Assembly (NCBI RefSeq): GCF_009914755.1
Contig: NC_060932.1
Origin: the human T2T-CHM13v2.0 reference genome, Homo sapiens
DNA: 64,000 nucleotides
Reading direction: 5' to 3' (one strand)
In this document: positions 61,129 to 64,000 of the stretch, piece after piece
How positions within the stretch are numbered: the first letter of the stretch is position 1
Layout: each line of letters begins with the position of its first letter
Notes under the pieces: model-generated
Database searches by the model: none
The model's input: only the letters and a program-made list of their open reading frames with translations
Told to the model about the DNA's origin: nothing
Position numbers and translations under genes: made by a program

Positions 61129-61521
61129 GGTGGGATAAAAAATGAGAATGCCCTTCTTTTTGCCAATGTCTACTCTATATCCCAACTATTAAGAGAAACC
61201 TTATCATGGAATCAGTTTGGAATTTAAGTACATTCTCTCACCATACACATTGACCTGTCCATGACTTAACTCTCCAGGTGATTCTGATGCACAATCAAGT
61301 TTGAGAACCAGAGTTTTAGGCAAACAGAATCCAGAACTACAAAAAGGAATAATTATATAACTTCAGAGCAAGACGGCATTAGTCACTTACTAAAGGAAAC
61401 CTGCAAAATCATGCAGACTGGATTTCTTTTAGGAAACTTATTTTTAAACAAATGAAAATAACTTATTTCATGTCAGTTGTGTTTCATTACTCTCAATACA
61501 TTTTCTGTCCAAAAGCCAGTC

Positions 61522-62044
61522 AAGCAGTTCCCTTTATCAAAGGGAAACACGTTCCAGGACTTCCAGTGGGTGCCTGAAACCTTGGACACTGCCAAATGCT
61601 CTACATGCCATATTTTTCCCTTCTACATGTATATCTGTGATAAAGTTTAATTCATAAATTAGGCACAGTCAGAGATTAACAATAACAAAATGAAATGATT
61701 AAAACAGTATACTATAATAAAAGTTAGTGAACGTTGTCTCTCTCTCGAGATATTTTATTGTACCGTACTCACCCTCCTCCTACTTGCGATGATGGAAGAG
61801 TATGAAAAAGATGGCTACTAAGGGATTAGTGGGTGGGCAAGTAGTGTAGACAGCACAGATATGCTGGACAAATGAATGATTCATGTCCCGTGGCAAGACG
61901 GACTGGATGGCATGAGATCTCATCACGTTACTCAGTATGCATGCAATTTAAAATTCTACAAGTTGTTTATTTCTGAAATTTCCTATTTAATATTATTTTA
62001 CCTCAGGTAACTAAAACCTTAGCAAGTGAAACTGTGGATAAGGG
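61522..62044 (-). mobile_element. MER44 (B-like; TcMar-Tigger) element
   Basis: Reverse complement starts cccttatccacagtttcactt and contains aatattaaataggaaatttcagaaataaacaa. Confidence 0.82.
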
Positions 62045-63416
62045 CAGGCAAGGGGCTGAAGGCTACCAGTTGTATTTACTGAAATGTAGTCTTTTACACC
62101 TTATTCTTGCTAATATTTCTTCACAGCAAACACCCTGAAAGATATACAAAACCAAGAAAATACTTCTAAAATAAACATTTTTAAATATTATAAAAACGTT
62201 AACTCTGGAACTTCTCTGGCACAAAATACCATATAATTTCACATTTGAAAAGTATATATTCATTAATTTTAGATATCTATAATAACCCACTTTCTCATTA
62301 ATCTTAATCTTAATTCATCCACCATTCTAATTATTAGGTGTATTTTCCTCTACCAATTTTAACATGCATTCAATTGTGTCTGCCAAATTATTAATTAACT
62401 TAGAATGTTAAATTCACCCTTCCAAAAATTAATGGAAGCTAAGAAGTCTAGTACTATGAGATGATGTGATAGCCACCAGGCAAAAGGTATATTTTCTTTT
62501 TATAATTATACTCAGAGACATATAATAAATCAAAGAGAAGAGCTAATAAATGAGAACATTTGAAGAAGATAGATAGGGAAAGAAATGGCCATGGTAACTC
62601 CTGTAGTTGGAAAACCTATGTCGGTATTTTTAAGCCTTTCGATGGCAATTCAAGATTTCAAATGTTGAGGAAAATCTCATATTTTTATAAACATTTCTGT
62701 CTCAGAAAAAAGTGTGGATATCTCAGTAAGGTCAAAACAGTAGAACCACTCTGAAACTATTATTTTACTTTGTTATTGCTTTAGAAAATAACTTTCCTAA
62801 TTGATACATTGTAACTCTTTTCTTCTCTCATGGTTATGTGTTGGTATGCAGAATGCATCCTACTGATTGTAGTGAAGAAAATACTTCTGTTTCTCACATT
62901 GATAAAATGCTAGACTATGGTTACATAAATGAGCTTGCATGCAGCCAGCAATCCTCCCTGGAGCTCTGTATTTAGGTCTGTGGCCCAGATTTTCTTAAAC
63001 TTTTAGGCTGCTATATATTTAGAGTAGAATACAAATGAGTTTCAGAGGAACATAAATTATCTAAAATTGTTCCATACTGCAAAACGTTCAAATGTTTGTC
63101 TATAAAGATTTTCTTTGATCACTTGTATGCCATTTTCAATCAACACGCATTCTGTTTATGTATAAAAGCTATATTGTTACCAAGCTCAGTTTCTAGATTG
63201 AGTCCATGTATACCTTGCCAATAATGATTTTACTGTATTTGTATGGTTTTTAAAAATGTCTTTAGAAATGTGCAGAGGGTAGTGGTTGACTATTTAGTTC
63301 AGGGTTCTTGTTCTGAAAAATCTTTGCTTTTTGAATTCTATGTTGTTTTGAACTAGTTAAGTGAATGTGCACAAGAGCCTAATGTATTTTTCCTGTTCTA
63401 ATTGTAATACATGTCC

Positions 63417-63490
63417 AGCGAGTTGGCTCATTTGGCTAAAGGGAGTTGATAATGAGATAAGGGTTGAAGGTTCAAACTCCCTGTTGACCA
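63417..63490 (+). mobile_element. tRNA-Ile(AAT)-like head of an ancient SINE (MamSINE1-like) or a decayed tRNA pseudogene
   Basis: A-box-like tggctcatttgg and B-box-like ggttcaaac. Ungapped alignment of about 48/74 to a recalled tRNA-Ile(AAT) sequence. Confidence 0.65.
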
Positions 63491-63703
63491 ATTAAATTCA
63501 TAAGAGTTTTCCATACTCCTGTCCCTAAGACTACCACATCACAAATACAAAATGTTGCACGAGAGACATTTATGAGTTTAAGGATGGTTCAACAGAAACC
63601 CAAAACCAACCATACATTTAAAAATAGACCATATTTAGAACTCTCAAACAGAAGGGTATTAATATCTTCATTCAAAAGTTATATTTATGGCATTTGTGTG
63701 TAC

Positions 63704-63721
63704 GTGTGTGTGTGTGTGTGT
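63704..63721. repeat. (TG)9 microsatellite
   Basis: Seen directly. Confidence 0.9.
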
Positions 63722-64000
63722 ATCCTAAAAATTATCTTGCCCCCTTGAAAGGAACAAATTTTAAATAAAAACATCAGGAAGAGATGGGTTGTAGATTTTT
63801 AAATTTATAGATTTTGCATTGTTTAAAACCTATATTTTTTCACTATTAAGAAAATGTGTTTTAAGTGTTGATGGTAAAAGAACAATAAAACAGGTAGATA
63901 AGTCAAGGTCAAATGCACAAGCCCCAAATGTGCTTGCTTGACAGTGCTGCTTGTTCCTGCCTCTGGTTTCCATTCCCTCTGGGCAAAGCCCATGTCACTC

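Noticed and set aside
63903-63911. TCAAGGTCA nuclear-receptor (NR5A/ESRR) site
   Set aside because: An isolated 9-mer with no supporting context; another copy lies within an L1 remnant near 43891.

Overview
AT-rich primate (human-like) genomic DNA dominated by transposable elements. I found no supportable host protein-coding exon. The long ORFs in the track are L1 ORF2 or Hsmar1 transposase remnants, antisense-Alu read-through frames, or chance ORFs. Main contents: a 5'-truncated L1PA (17-bp TSD); two large, internally deleted old L1M copies; a near-full-length Hsmar1 mariner and a MADE1 MITE, each nested in one of those L1Ms; Tigger3b, MER44 and MER5 DNA elements; MaLR/ERV solo LTRs; nine Alus plus an Alu fragment; and MIR/L2 remnants. 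One CpG-rich, non-repetitive promoter/enhancer-like segment lies at about 16.1-17.6 kb, with a candidate non-coding exon. I found no convincing new biological system. The best leads are that CpG-rich element, a 73-bp locally templated duplication, the Alu-in-MADE1-in-L1 nest, the Hsmar1/MADE1 pair and an ancient tRNA-Ile-like SINE head. Subfamily names come from recalled consensus sequences and need Dfam/RepeatMasker confirmation. Boundaries of old repeats are approximate.
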